Assembly (NCBI GenBank): GCA_017937705.1
Contig: JAGBDC010000030.1
Span: 38,590-102,589 of the forward strand
Direction: 5' to 3'
DNA length: 64,000 nt
Source: Alphaproteobacteria bacterium
GTDB taxonomy: Bacteria; Pseudomonadota; Alphaproteobacteria; RF32; CAG-239
In this document: in pieces, positions 45,483 through 53,746 of the stretch
Layout of the letters: each line of letters begins with the position of its first letter
How positions within the stretch are numbered: the stretch's first letter is position 1
Notes under the pieces: generated by a model
Seen by the model: the letters and a program-made list of their open reading frames with translations, nothing else
Database searches by the model: none
What the model was told of the DNA's origin: nothing
Made by a program: the position numbers and the translations under genes

Positions 45483-46639
45483 TAGATACCATTGTTTATG
45501 ATAAAAATTCTCAAGTTACAGGTATTGCTTTATTAAAAAGCGGAGAAGTAAAGAATATTGAAATTATCAGCGGAAATCAAGCTATAAGCGGTAATGTATA
45601 TCTGGGTAAAATCACAAAAAAAGTTTTGCTCGCTCATGATAGAGAAGGTTTTTTTGTAAATATCGGAGATGGTAAAGAAGCTTTCCTAAATGGTGATGAA
45701 TATGGCATGAATGAGGCAAAACTCGTTGAAGGGCAAAGTGTTGTAGTTCAAGTTGCACAAGAACGTCATGCTGAAAAAAATGCTCGTTTGGTTCGCTCTA
45801 TTCAGCTCGTAGGAACTTATGTCGTATATTGTCCATATCGTATGGATGTCGGAGCTTCAAATAAAATTGAAGATAAAAATAAAGTTGCGGAACTGATAGA
45901 GGCCGTAAAAGGTGAGGTTACCGGACAAGAAGGTTGGGTATTGCGAACAGCTGCCGGAGATGTGGATTTCTCAATTATTGCCGCAGAAATGAAACAACTG
46001 CGCGATACTTTTGAAAATATTCGCATTAAGGCTCGCAATGAACAAGCTCCATATTTGTTATATAGCAAACCTGATTCTATTTTGGAATATATCAATTTTT
46101 ATAAAAATTCATTGGAGAAAGTTATAACCAACAATCATAATTTGAAAGATGTATTACCTGATAATATTGAATGTGTCATCAGTTCCAGTCCTTTTGAAGA
46201 ATATGGTGTTGACGAAGTTATCGGCGAAGCATTAGAAAAAACAGTTGTTCTGAAACACGGTGGTAGAGTAACCATAGAAGAGACTAAAGCTTGTGTTGCT
46301 ATTGATGTTGATAGCGGAAAAGATAACGGCGGTGGTGCTCTCAATCGCTTAAACGAGGAAGCGGCTTATGAAATTGCAAAACAAATTCGTTTACGTAATT
46401 TATCCGGAAAAATTGTTGTGGATTTTGCCGGACATTCAGAATATCGCTATATTAAGCCATTGTTGGAAATTTTGGAAAAAGAATTGAATAAAGATATGAC
46501 TAAGAGCCGAGTTGTAGGTTTAAGTCACGGCGGATTAGTAGAAATTATTCGTGTTCGTAAACGTCCGACTTTGCAAGAACTTATGAGCGAAGAATGTCCT
46601 ACTTGTCAAGGAACAGGTCGAGTAGAAAAGGGTGAGTAA
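45479..46639 (+). CDS. rng: RNase E/G-family ribonuclease (short form)
   Basis: S1-like GNVYLGKITKKV, catalytic AIDVDSG block, C-terminal CPTCQGTGRV. Start overlaps the maf stop. Confidence 0.85.
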   Translation: MIDTIVYDKNSQVTGIALLKSGEVKNIEIISGNQAISGNVYLGKITKKVLLAHDREGFFVNIGDGKEAFLNGDEYGMNEAKLVEGQSVVVQVAQERHAEKNARLVRSIQLVGTYVVYCPYRMDVGASNKIEDKNKVAELIEAVKGEVTGQEGWVLRTAAGDVDFSIIAAEMKQLRDTFENIRIKARNEQAPYLLYSKPDSILEYINFYKNSLEKVITNNHNLKDVLPDNIECVISSSPFEEYGVDEVIGEALEKTVVLKHGGRVTIEETKACVAIDVDSGKDNGGGALNRLNEEAAYEIAKQIRLRNLSGKIVVDFAGHSEYRYIKPLLEILEKELNKDMTKSRVVGLSHGGLVEIIRVRKRPTLQELMSEECPTCQGTGRVEKGE

Positions 46640-46842
46640 TGAGTGAAGATATAAAAACATATTGCTGTCCGATATGCAAAAAAAAGTTTACGGACACGCA
46701 ATATAAGCCATTTTGTTCTAAGAGATGTGCTGATATCGATTTAGGAAACTGGTTCAACGGTGAATATCGTTTTGAAGCTCAAGAAATTGATGAACAAGAT
46801 GCAGAAGAATTGGAAAAACTGATTACTAAACCGGAAGAATAG
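46639..46842 (+). CDS. yacG: DNA gyrase inhibitor YacG (zinc finger)
   Basis: CPICKKKF ... FCSKRCADIDLGNW signature; 67 aa. Confidence 0.85.
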   Translation: MSEDIKTYCCPICKKKFTDTQYKPFCSKRCADIDLGNWFNGEYRFEAQEIDEQDAEELEKLITKPEE

Positions 46843-46848
46843 CAAAAG

Positions 46849-46876
46849 ACCGCTCTGAAAATAGAGCGGTTTTTTG
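46849..46876 (+). terminator. Rho-independent terminator
   Basis: ACCGCTCT-GAAAAT-AGAGCGGT followed by T5. Confidence 0.7.
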
Positions 46877-46920
46877 TTATCAATTTAAATTTTTATCATC
46901 GTGAGAAAATTTTTAATTTT

Positions 46921-47103
46921 CGTGGCAATCCATTATCCACATCGTCATTGCGAAGCCCGTTAGTGCTGTGCATAACTTTTTAACTGGGTTGATGACGATT
47001 TTTCTTTTGTCATTGCGAGGAGTGGTAGCGACGTGGCAATCCATTGATTTTTATAGCATATAGTTTCTGGATTGCTTCGCAAGGATTGACGTCCGCTCGC
47101 AAA
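46921..47103. repeat. Cluster of short palindromic intergenic repeats (GTCATTGCGAGG...GCGACGTGGCAATCC type)
   Basis: CGTGGCAATCCATT occurs at 46921 and 47031. GTCATTGCGA(A/G)G occurs at 46944 and 47009. Inverted partner GGATTGCTTCGCAAGG...CGCTCGCAAAG at 47069-47103. Confidence 0.6.
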
Positions 47104-47197
47104 GAAAAGAAAGTGAAAAATTGCAAAAAATGGGCTGAAATGGTGTTTTTTAGGAAAAATATCAAATTTTATCATGTAAAAACAATAAATTGTAATA

Positions 47198-47434
47198 ATA
47201 AAAAACGTACCTTTTTTTTGAGCAAAAATCAAGACCAAAAACCAAGGCTTACAGAAGAAATTTTACGTTCCAATTAAAGGTACGTTTAATTAGAGCAAAT
47301 AAAAAAGAGAAAAATTATGAATAAAAACAATCAAATAGGTCGTTCCATGGTGGAAATGTTAGGTGTATTGGCGATTATAGGTGTTTTGTCGGTAGGAGGT
47401 ATCGCCGGATATTCAAAAGCTATGGAAAAGTTTA
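47198..47434 (+). repeat. Left arm of a ~235-bp near-identical inverted repeat (pilin leader + first 40 codons)
   Basis: The reverse complement of 53307-53541 matches with only a handful of differences by eye (e.g. TTAGAGCAAAT vs TTAGGGCAAAC; GGATATTC vs GGATACTC). Confidence 0.85.
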
Positions 47435-47892
47435 AAATCGGCAAATTGCTCGATCAATTGGTGATGATAATTACTAATGTTAGGACCTTATATTCAGGTC
47501 AGCCAAATTATGAAGGCTTAAATAATGTTGTTGCAATACAATCTGGGGCAATACCAACAGAAATGCTAAATGGTAAATCTTCAACAGTAGCCACGGAAAT
47601 TTATCATGCGTTAAATGGAGAAGTTGCTATTGAGGATTATTCTTCTTCTGATGGTATTCATGGAGCACACTTTTCTATAGTTTTTCATAATTTACCTGTA
47701 AATGCTTGTGTAGCAATAGCGAGTGTTGATTTTGGAGATGCAAATTCAGGGTTGGAAGAGGTTGTTATCGGCGGTGTAGGAGATACAATATTTTTAGCAA
47801 ACGAACTACCTGTTTCGGTGGCTAAAGCGACAGCTGGTTGCTTAGAACAATATGATGGCTCGGGATTGTATGTTTACCTAAGTTTTAAGTAA
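47317..47892 (+). CDS. Type IV pilin-like protein (paralogue A)
   Basis: MNKNNQIG|RSMVEMLGVLAIIGVLSVGG: Gly at -1, Glu at +5, hydrophobic helix. C-terminal Cys pair (NACVAIAS...TAGC). Confidence 0.8.
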   Translation: MNKNNQIGRSMVEMLGVLAIIGVLSVGGIAGYSKAMEKFKIGKLLDQLVMIITNVRTLYSGQPNYEGLNNVVAIQSGAIPTEMLNGKSSTVATEIYHALNGEVAIEDYSSSDGIHGAHFSIVFHNLPVNACVAIASVDFGDANSGLEEVVIGGVGDTIFLANELPVSVAKATAGCLEQYDGSGLYVYLSFK

Positions 47893-47957
47893 AATAATTT
47901 CCTCATTAACCGTGATTTAACAGTGTTATGCGATAATCACATTAAGTGAGGTAAAAT

Positions 47958-49196
47958 ATGTTCAAAAATATAGTTACGGTTTTTGCTCCATTCACTCCCA
48001 ATATGGGAGAACAAAATCAAATTAAGGGATTGGTTACATGGCTTGCTCGTTGCAGTAGAAATAATAAAAATGCCAAATTTATTACCAATATGGACCTTTT
48101 TATGCAAAATATTACCGGCAATTCATTGCGTTGCTCTGATTATACCTCGTTTTCTGATTTTGAAAAAGACATGTTTATCTGTTTTGATAACTATTTTAAA
48201 AATCGTCTTATTAAACCTCGGCTTTTTGTTACGGCGCTGACACAAGGAGAAAAAGAACAGGCTGTTTATAATGCTGAAGCGGAGTGTCGAGCCATAAAAA
48301 ATTATTATCAGCAAAAAAAATGGGGTAATATAATGACGGTTATTATGACCGCAAAATATGGCAATTATGAGGTCGCCGATTTGATAAATTTGCCCGAACA
48401 TCAATTATCAACGCAAGAATTTAAACAAATTAAAGAACTTCCGGAGTTAACGGAAAAAGTATTTTTTTCTTTGGGTATCGTACATAATTTAACCAAAACG
48501 TTTATCCGTCAGAAATATGGTCAAAAACGTTTGCAAAAGATAGCGGAAAAATATAAAAATAACAAACCTAATGCGGTTTTTTGTCTGGGCGGACGAGCAT
48601 TAGGTGACGATATAGTTTTTGATATTGATGTTGCTCAAAAAATATGGAATAAGGCACTTGAAATCAAAAATAAAAACTACAATGTGATAATTGTTAACGG
48701 CCCAAGAACTCCAAACGATGTTACCGATTTTTTATATAAAAAATGTGTCGAAAACGGAGAAATAGATTTTTATAATTCTAAAAAAATTGCCGAAAATGAC
48801 GAGGAAAGACAACCGGATAAATGGCGAATATATTCCGGTAATTTTGAAAAAGAATTTATGATACAAGCCAAAAAATGTAATAACATATATCCGGGAATTT
48901 TAGGGTTGCCGAACACAATAGCAATACACACTTTTGATTCTTTTGCAGCTTGTGAAACTGCATCTTCCGGCGTTCCAACCGCAATCTGTCGTTATGTAAA
49001 AATAAATGCTCAAACTCGTCCTGACTGTTATCGCTTGGCAAATAGTTTGTTAAATGGTGATTATGCTATTGATTTAGATGATTTTTCCGGAGAAAATGAG
49101 CCGATAAACATAAAGCTTAATCGTTTGCCGTCAGTTAGTCGTTTGTTTGCCGATAAGGTTATTGAAAAATATTTGCTTTTCAAAAGAAATGAATGA
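47958..49196 (+). CDS. ELM1/GtrOC1-family (DUF1022) putative glycosyltransferase
   Basis: Pattern match from memory: N-terminal GEQNQIKGLVTWL, central FCLGGRA...VIIVNGPRTPNDV, C-terminal TFDSFAACETASSGVP. Confidence 0.5.
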   Translation: MFKNIVTVFAPFTPNMGEQNQIKGLVTWLARCSRNNKNAKFITNMDLFMQNITGNSLRCSDYTSFSDFEKDMFICFDNYFKNRLIKPRLFVTALTQGEKEQAVYNAEAECRAIKNYYQQKKWGNIMTVIMTAKYGNYEVADLINLPEHQLSTQEFKQIKELPELTEKVFFSLGIVHNLTKTFIRQKYGQKRLQKIAEKYKNNKPNAVFCLGGRALGDDIVFDIDVAQKIWNKALEIKNKNYNVIIVNGPRTPNDVTDFLYKKCVENGEIDFYNSKKIAENDEERQPDKWRIYSGNFEKEFMIQAKKCNNIYPGILGLPNTIAIHTFDSFAACETASSGVPTAICRYVKINAQTRPDCYRLANSLLNGDYAIDLDDFSGENEPINIKLNRLPSVSRLFADKVIEKYLLFKRNE

Positions 49197-49344
49197 TTTT
49201 TTTCTTGACTCTTATACTTAATCTGCTATCTTACAGCAAATTTCAATGATTTTTCATTGTGAGCAATAGTTTTAACCACTCTACGGAGTGCCGCCAGTCA
49301 GCGAGGGTTCGCACACTGGCGTGCAATATTTTATATAGGTGAGA

Positions 49345-50724
49345 ATGTTTGACAGTTTAACCGACAAACTCGGCAGCGTATTTAACAAAATAACCTCAAG
49401 AGGTGTGCTGAACGAGAAAGATATAGACGAGGCAATGCGCGAAATTCGTATTGCGTTGTTGGAAGCTGATGTCGCTTTGCCGGTTGTCAAAGATTTTATT
49501 ACCAAAGTTAAAGAACAAGCATTGGGCGAAAAAGTTGTTCGTTCCATTCAGCCGGGACAAATGGTGGTTAAAATCGTTCACGAAGAACTGATTAAGGTTT
49601 TAGGTAGCGATGAAAGTGCTCTTAATCTTAATACAGTTCCGCCGGCAGTGATATTGATGTCGGGTTTGCAAGGTTCGGGAAAAACTACCACCTCGGCAAA
49701 ATTGGCAAAATTGCTCGCTAAAAAAAGAAAAGTTATGTTGGCATCTCTTGACGTGTATCGTCCGGCAGCTCAAGAACAACTTGAACAGTTGGCAACACAA
49801 ATCGGATGCACCAGTTTGCCTATTATTAAAGAACAAAAACCGCTTGATATTACTAAAAGAGCTTTAGATACAGCCAAAAAAGGCGGATACGATGTTTTGA
49901 TTTTGGACTCGGCAGGACGTTTGCATATTGATAATGAGCTTATGAATGAGCTTGTTGAAGTCAAAAAAATATCAAATCCAGCAGAAACATTGTTGGTTGC
50001 CGATGCTATGATGGGGCAAGATGCTTGTAACGTGGCAAAAGAGTTCAACGAAAAATTAGGTGTCAGCGGAATTGTTTTGACCAGAATTGACGGTTCTTCT
50101 CGTGCCGGAGCAGCACTTTCTATGCGTATGATTGCCGGAGTTCCGATTAAATTTTTGGGAACCGGTGAAAAAATTGATGAGTTTGAAGAATTTCATCCGG
50201 ATAGAATTGCCGGCAGAATTTTGGGACAGGGTGATGTTATCAGTTTAGTTGAAACGGCGATGGAAAAAATTGACCGTGAAGAAGCTGATAAAATGGCTAA
50301 ACAAATGATGAAGGGCAAGTTTGACCTCAATGATTTGTTAGCTCAAATAAGACAAATTCAAAAACTTGGCAGTTTAGGAGGCATTATGTCAATGATTCCG
50401 GGATTGTCAAAATTTAAGAACCAAATTGAAAATGCAGGCATTGGCGACAATTTGATAAAAAAACAAGAGGCAATTATTCTTTCGATGACTTTGAAAGAAC
50501 GTAAAAATCCAGATTTGATTAAGGCCTCTCGCAAAAAAAGAATTGCAGCCGGTGCAGGTGTAGAAGTTCATGAAGTCAATAAACTCCTCAAACAATATGA
50601 GCAGATGGCTTCAATGATGAAAAAATTCGGACAAGGTGGCGGAATGAGCGGTCTTGCTTCGATGATGAAAAGATTCCCTGGAGGAAAATTTCCGATGGGA
50701 ATGGGGAACAAATTTCCGTTTTAA
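49345..50724 (+). CDS. ffh: Signal recognition particle protein Ffh
   Basis: MFDSLTDKL start, GLQGSGKTTT P-loop, DSAGR and TRIDG motifs, Met-rich M domain. Confidence 0.95.
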   Translation: MFDSLTDKLGSVFNKITSRGVLNEKDIDEAMREIRIALLEADVALPVVKDFITKVKEQALGEKVVRSIQPGQMVVKIVHEELIKVLGSDESALNLNTVPPAVILMSGLQGSGKTTTSAKLAKLLAKKRKVMLASLDVYRPAAQEQLEQLATQIGCTSLPIIKEQKPLDITKRALDTAKKGGYDVLILDSAGRLHIDNELMNELVEVKKISNPAETLLVADAMMGQDACNVAKEFNEKLGVSGIVLTRIDGSSRAGAALSMRMIAGVPIKFLGTGEKIDEFEEFHPDRIAGRILGQGDVISLVETAMEKIDREEADKMAKQMMKGKFDLNDLLAQIRQIQKLGSLGGIMSMIPGLSKFKNQIENAGIGDNLIKKQEAIILSMTLKERKNPDLIKASRKKRIAAGAGVEVHEVNKLLKQYEQMASMMKKFGQGGGMSGLASMMKRFPGGKFPMGMGNKFPF

Positions 50725-50775
50725 GCCATTAGGACGGAAGTTGTATTTTAACTTTAATTTAGAAAGGAATAAAAA

Positions 50776-51147
50776 ATGGCAGTTCGTATCAGACTATCTC
50801 GTGGCGGTTCTAAAAAACGTCCGTTTTACCGTGTTGTAGCAGCTGACTCTAGAGCTCCTCGTGATGGTAGATTTATTGAAAAATTAGGTACATACAATCC
50901 TATGCTTCCTCAAGATCATGAGGAAAGATTTGTTATCAACGCTGAAAGAGTTAAATATTGGCTCGGCGTTGGTGCTTTGCCAACAGACAGATTGGCTAAA
51001 ATGTTGGGCAACCTCGGCTTGGTAAAAGCTCCGGTTGTTAAAGAACAGCCTAAAAAATCTGCTCCAAAAGCAAAAGCTGTTGAAAGAATGAAAGCTAAAG
51101 AAGAAGCTGCTAAAGCTGCTGCTGAAGCTGCAAACAGTGCTGAATAA
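50776..51147 (+). CDS. rpsP: 30S ribosomal protein S16 (with Lys/Ala-rich C-terminal extension)
   Basis: [42 protein letters not shown]. Confidence 0.95.
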   Translation: MAVRIRLSRGGSKKRPFYRVVAADSRAPRDGRFIEKLGTYNPMLPQDHEERFVINAERVKYWLGVGALPTDRLAKMLGNLGLVKAPVVKEQPKKSAPKAKAVERMKAKEEAAKAAAEAANSAE

Positions 51148-51167
51148 TTTTTCCAAAGGCAACAATA

Positions 51168-51716
51168 ATGACGGCTCAATCCAAAATTTGTTTAGGTGCT
51201 ATTGTCGGGGTTCACGGTATTAGAGGTGAAGTTAAAGTTAAAAGCTTTACCGAAATTGACCGCAATCTTGATAAATATGGCATTTTGACAGATAAAAACG
51301 GAAAAGAGTTCGAAGTTAAAGTAGTTGGTCATTCGAAAGAATTATTACGAGTTAAAGTTAAAGGTGTCGACGATAGAAACCTTGCAGAAACACTCATCGG
51401 TACACAACTTTTTGCCGATAGAGATGTACTTCCACCTCTTGCCGATGACGAAGAGTTCTACCAGGCAGATTTGGTCGGTCTAGACGTTCGCGAGACTGCT
51501 TCGGGCAATGTGGCAGGTAAGGTTGTCGGAATTTATAACTTTGGTGCGGGCGATATACTGGAAATCAAAGTTAAAACAAGCGGAAAGCTTGAAATGATAC
51601 CCTTTAACCACGAATATGTACCAACGGTCAATATTGAAGATGGTTATATTATTGTAAACGCGGTTTCAATGCAATTTGAGCCAGATGATGAAGGAGAAAA
51701 AGGTGCTGAAAGCTAA
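51168..51716 (+). CDS. rimM: 16S rRNA processing protein RimM
   Basis: GAIVGVHGIRGEVKVKSFT and PRC-barrel C-terminus; operon position. Confidence 0.9.
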   Translation: MTAQSKICLGAIVGVHGIRGEVKVKSFTEIDRNLDKYGILTDKNGKEFEVKVVGHSKELLRVKVKGVDDRNLAETLIGTQLFADRDVLPPLADDEEFYQADLVGLDVRETASGNVAGKVVGIYNFGAGDILEIKVKTSGKLEMIPFNHEYVPTVNIEDGYIIVNAVSMQFEPDDEGEKGAES

Positions 51717-52395
51717 AATTTTCACCATCTTTCCGGAGTTGTTTCCCGGCTTTTTAGGTTATTCCCTTACCGGAAGAGCTTTAGAGGAGGGGATTTGGTC
51801 GGTTGAGACTGTTAATATCAGGGATTATGCGTTTGATAAGCATGGATCTGTAGATGACACTCCCTGCGGTGGCGGTGCCGGAATGGTTATGAGACCGGAC
51901 GTGTTAGGTCGGGCATTGCAAGAAAATCATAAAGGGGGCAAAATTTTGGCGATGAGTCCTAAAGGCAAACCTTTAACTCAAGAAATGGTTAAGAGTTTGA
52001 CTATGGAAGAAAATTTGAGCATTGTCTGCGGGCGCTTTGAAGGTATAGATGAGCGTGTTATTGAAGCTTATGAGATAGAAGAAGTGAGCATCGGTGACTA
52101 TATTCTGACCGGAGGCGAACAGGCTGCACAGATTTTGTTGGATGCAGTTGTCAGATTGTTACCCGGAGTTTTGGGAAACGCAATGTCTACAATGTCGGAA
52201 AGTTTTGAAGACAATCTTCTTGAATATCCGCAATATACCCGCCCGACAGAATGGGAGGGACGTAAAGTTCCTGAAATATTACTCGGTGGTCATCATCAAA
52301 AAATTGAAAACTGGCGTAAAGAACAGGCAATGAAAACCACTCAAGAAAGAAGACCGGACCTATGGAAAAAATATCTTGACTCTAAAAGGGTTTAA
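51703..52395 (+). CDS. trmD: tRNA (guanine37-N1)-methyltransferase TrmD
   Basis: IFTIFPELFPG, DDTPCGGGAGMVM, CGRFEGIDERV and GGHH motifs. GTG 51703 has AAGGAG 6 nt upstream (track ORF starts at 51676). Confidence 0.9.
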   Translation: MLKAKIFTIFPELFPGFLGYSLTGRALEEGIWSVETVNIRDYAFDKHGSVDDTPCGGGAGMVMRPDVLGRALQENHKGGKILAMSPKGKPLTQEMVKSLTMEENLSIVCGRFEGIDERVIEAYEIEEVSIGDYILTGGEQAAQILLDAVVRLLPGVLGNAMSTMSESFEDNLLEYPQYTRPTEWEGRKVPEILLGGHHQKIENWRKEQAMKTTQERRPDLWKKYLDSKRV

Positions 52396-52438
52396 GCATA
52401 CAAAGTAACAAAATATTTTATAAGAAAAGGTAACAGTT

Positions 52439-52825
52439 ATGAACATTTTACAACAAGTTGAAAAAGAGCAAATTGCTAAGCTCAGCGAAGGCAAAAACTT
52501 TCCGGAGTTCAAAGCCGGCGATACTTTGAAAGTTCACACAAAAGTTAAAGAAGGTGACAGAGAACGTATCCAAGTTTATGAAGGTGTTTGTATTGCTCGT
52601 AAAAATGACGGATTAAACTCTTCTTTCACAGTTAGAAAAATTTCTTTCGGTGAAGGTGTAGAACGTGTATTCCCGTTATATTCTCCAAACGTAGCAAAAA
52701 TTGAAGTTGCTCGTATCGGTAAAGTACGTCGTGCAAAATTGTACTTCTTGCGTGCTTTGCGTGGTCGTTCTGCTCGTATTGCTGACGACTTGTCTGCAAC
52801 TGCAAAAGCTAAAAACGCTGAATAA
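52439..52825 (+). CDS. rplS: 50S ribosomal protein L19
   Basis: [33 protein letters not shown]... is typical L19. Confidence 0.95.
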   Translation: MNILQQVEKEQIAKLSEGKNFPEFKAGDTLKVHTKVKEGDRERIQVYEGVCIARKNDGLNSSFTVRKISFGEGVERVFPLYSPNVAKIEVARIGKVRRAKLYFLRALRGRSARIADDLSATAKAKNAE

Positions 52826-52847
52826 TTTTAGCAAATTTATGCAAAGA

Positions 52848-52877
52848 AAAGCTCCGAATAATTTTCGGAGCTTTTTT
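52848..52877. terminator. Bidirectional terminator between rplS and the convergent pilin gene
   Basis: AAAGCTCCGAA-TAATT-TTCGGAGCTTT flanked by an A-run and a T-run. Confidence 0.7.
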
Positions 52878-52885
52878 GTTATTTG

Positions 52886-53422
52886 TTAACCGCAGGGAGA
52901 CATTTCTATATAACCGCCCCCTTCACCTTCTGCAATTTGTTCTTTGCAAATTTGTTGTGCCTTAGCAGGAGATAGAGGTATTTCTGTTTTGGAAACAAGA
53001 TGATCGCCATACCCACCTATTATAAATTCATATCCTACCCAATTTGCAGTTGCGAAATAAACACAAGAAGATACATCTGGTAATCTAAAAATTAAATCGC
53101 ATACACCTAAATCTACAGGTAAATTAAAAGCATTATATATTTTTGTAGCAGTTGCTGTTGATTTTCCATTTAGCATTTCTGTTGGTATAATTCCAGCTCT
53201 AATAGCTGTAACATTATCTACTTCTCCCCACGCCTTCCTATCTAGTTGCAATTGAGTAAGATTAGATAATATTGTTTGTAATTGTTCAAAAGCTTTTTGA
53301 TTCTTGAACTTTTCCATAGCTTTTGAGTATCCGGCGATACCTCCTACCGACAAAACACCTATAATCGCCAATACACCTAACATTTCCACCATGGAACGAC
53401 CTATTTGATTGTTTTTATTCAT
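52886..53422 (-). CDS. Type IV pilin-like protein (paralogue B)
   Basis: The first 40 residues are identical to the 47317 pilin (MNKNNQIGRSMVEMLGVLAIIGVLSVGGIAGYSKAMEKFK). Divergent C-terminal domain with a Cys pair. Confidence 0.8.
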   Translation of the reverse strand: MNKNNQIGRSMVEMLGVLAIIGVLSVGGIAGYSKAMEKFKNQKAFEQLQTILSNLTQLQLDRKAWGEVDNVTAIRAGIIPTEMLNGKSTATATKIYNAFNLPVDLGVCDLIFRLPDVSSCVYFATANWVGYEFIIGGYGDHLVSKTEIPLSPAKAQQICKEQIAEGEGGGYIEMSPCG

Positions 53423-53541
53423 AATTTTTCTCTTTTTTGTTTGCCCTAATTAAACGTACCTTTAATTGGAACGTAAAATTTCTTCTGTAAGCCTTGGTTT
53501 TTGGTCTTGATTTTTGCTCAAAAAAAAGTACGTTTTTTTAT
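53307..53541 (-). repeat. Right arm of the ~235-bp inverted repeat
   Basis: See the left arm. Weaker similarity extends ~30 nt further out (ATGTAAAAACAAT at 47174 and its complement at 53552). Confidence 0.85.
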
Positions 53542-53696
53542 TTCGTACCAAATTGTTTTTACATAGAAAATATTTTAAATTAATAATAAAAATATCGCAA
53601 TTTTATATATTTTTTGCTTTTTACCATAAATGGCTCTGTTTCTCTGCATTGTGAGAAGGTGATTGATGTATTGGTCTAGTTCTAATAGAATTAACA

Positions 53697-53722
53697 ACAA
53701 AAAAGCACTCAAATATGAGTGC
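53697..53722 (-). terminator. Rho-independent terminator of the DEAD-like gene
   Basis: AGCACTC-AAATAT-GAGTGCT, preceded on the + strand by A6. Confidence 0.6.
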
Positions 53723-53746
53723 TTTTAATAGGTTTCTTAAAATTAA

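Noticed and set aside
46960-47277. Overlapping ORFs 46960..47238 (-) and 47044..47277 (+)
   Set aside because: Both are read-through of the palindromic intergenic repeats and the A/T-rich pilin leader. Neither has an RBS, and the peptides are the repeat-derived LAMT type.
49281-49330. Nested hairpin CGCCAGT-CA-GCGA-GGGT-TCGC-AC-ACTGGCG upstream of ffh, considered as SRP (4.5S) RNA or a tRNA-like fragment
   Set aside because: It lacks the conserved SRP domain IV sequence (…GGUCCGGAAGGAAGCAGCC-like) and does not complete a cloverleaf. At most it is an ffh leader structure. A covariance-model scan (Rfam) would settle this.
49396-50595. Series of minus-strand ORFs inside ffh, plus similar antisense ORFs inside hsdS, the PP2C gene, the SPFH gene, the Slam pair, the RNase G gene and the Asd-like gene
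   Set aside because: They are shadow ORFs opposite genes with unambiguous conserved motifs.
53573-53700. Possible decayed copy of the GTCATTGCGAG repeat (CATTGTGAGAAGGTGATTGATGTATTGG) outside the right inverted-repeat arm
   Set aside because: The similarity is limited to about 10 nt followed by many mismatches, which is not convincing without a statistical alignment.
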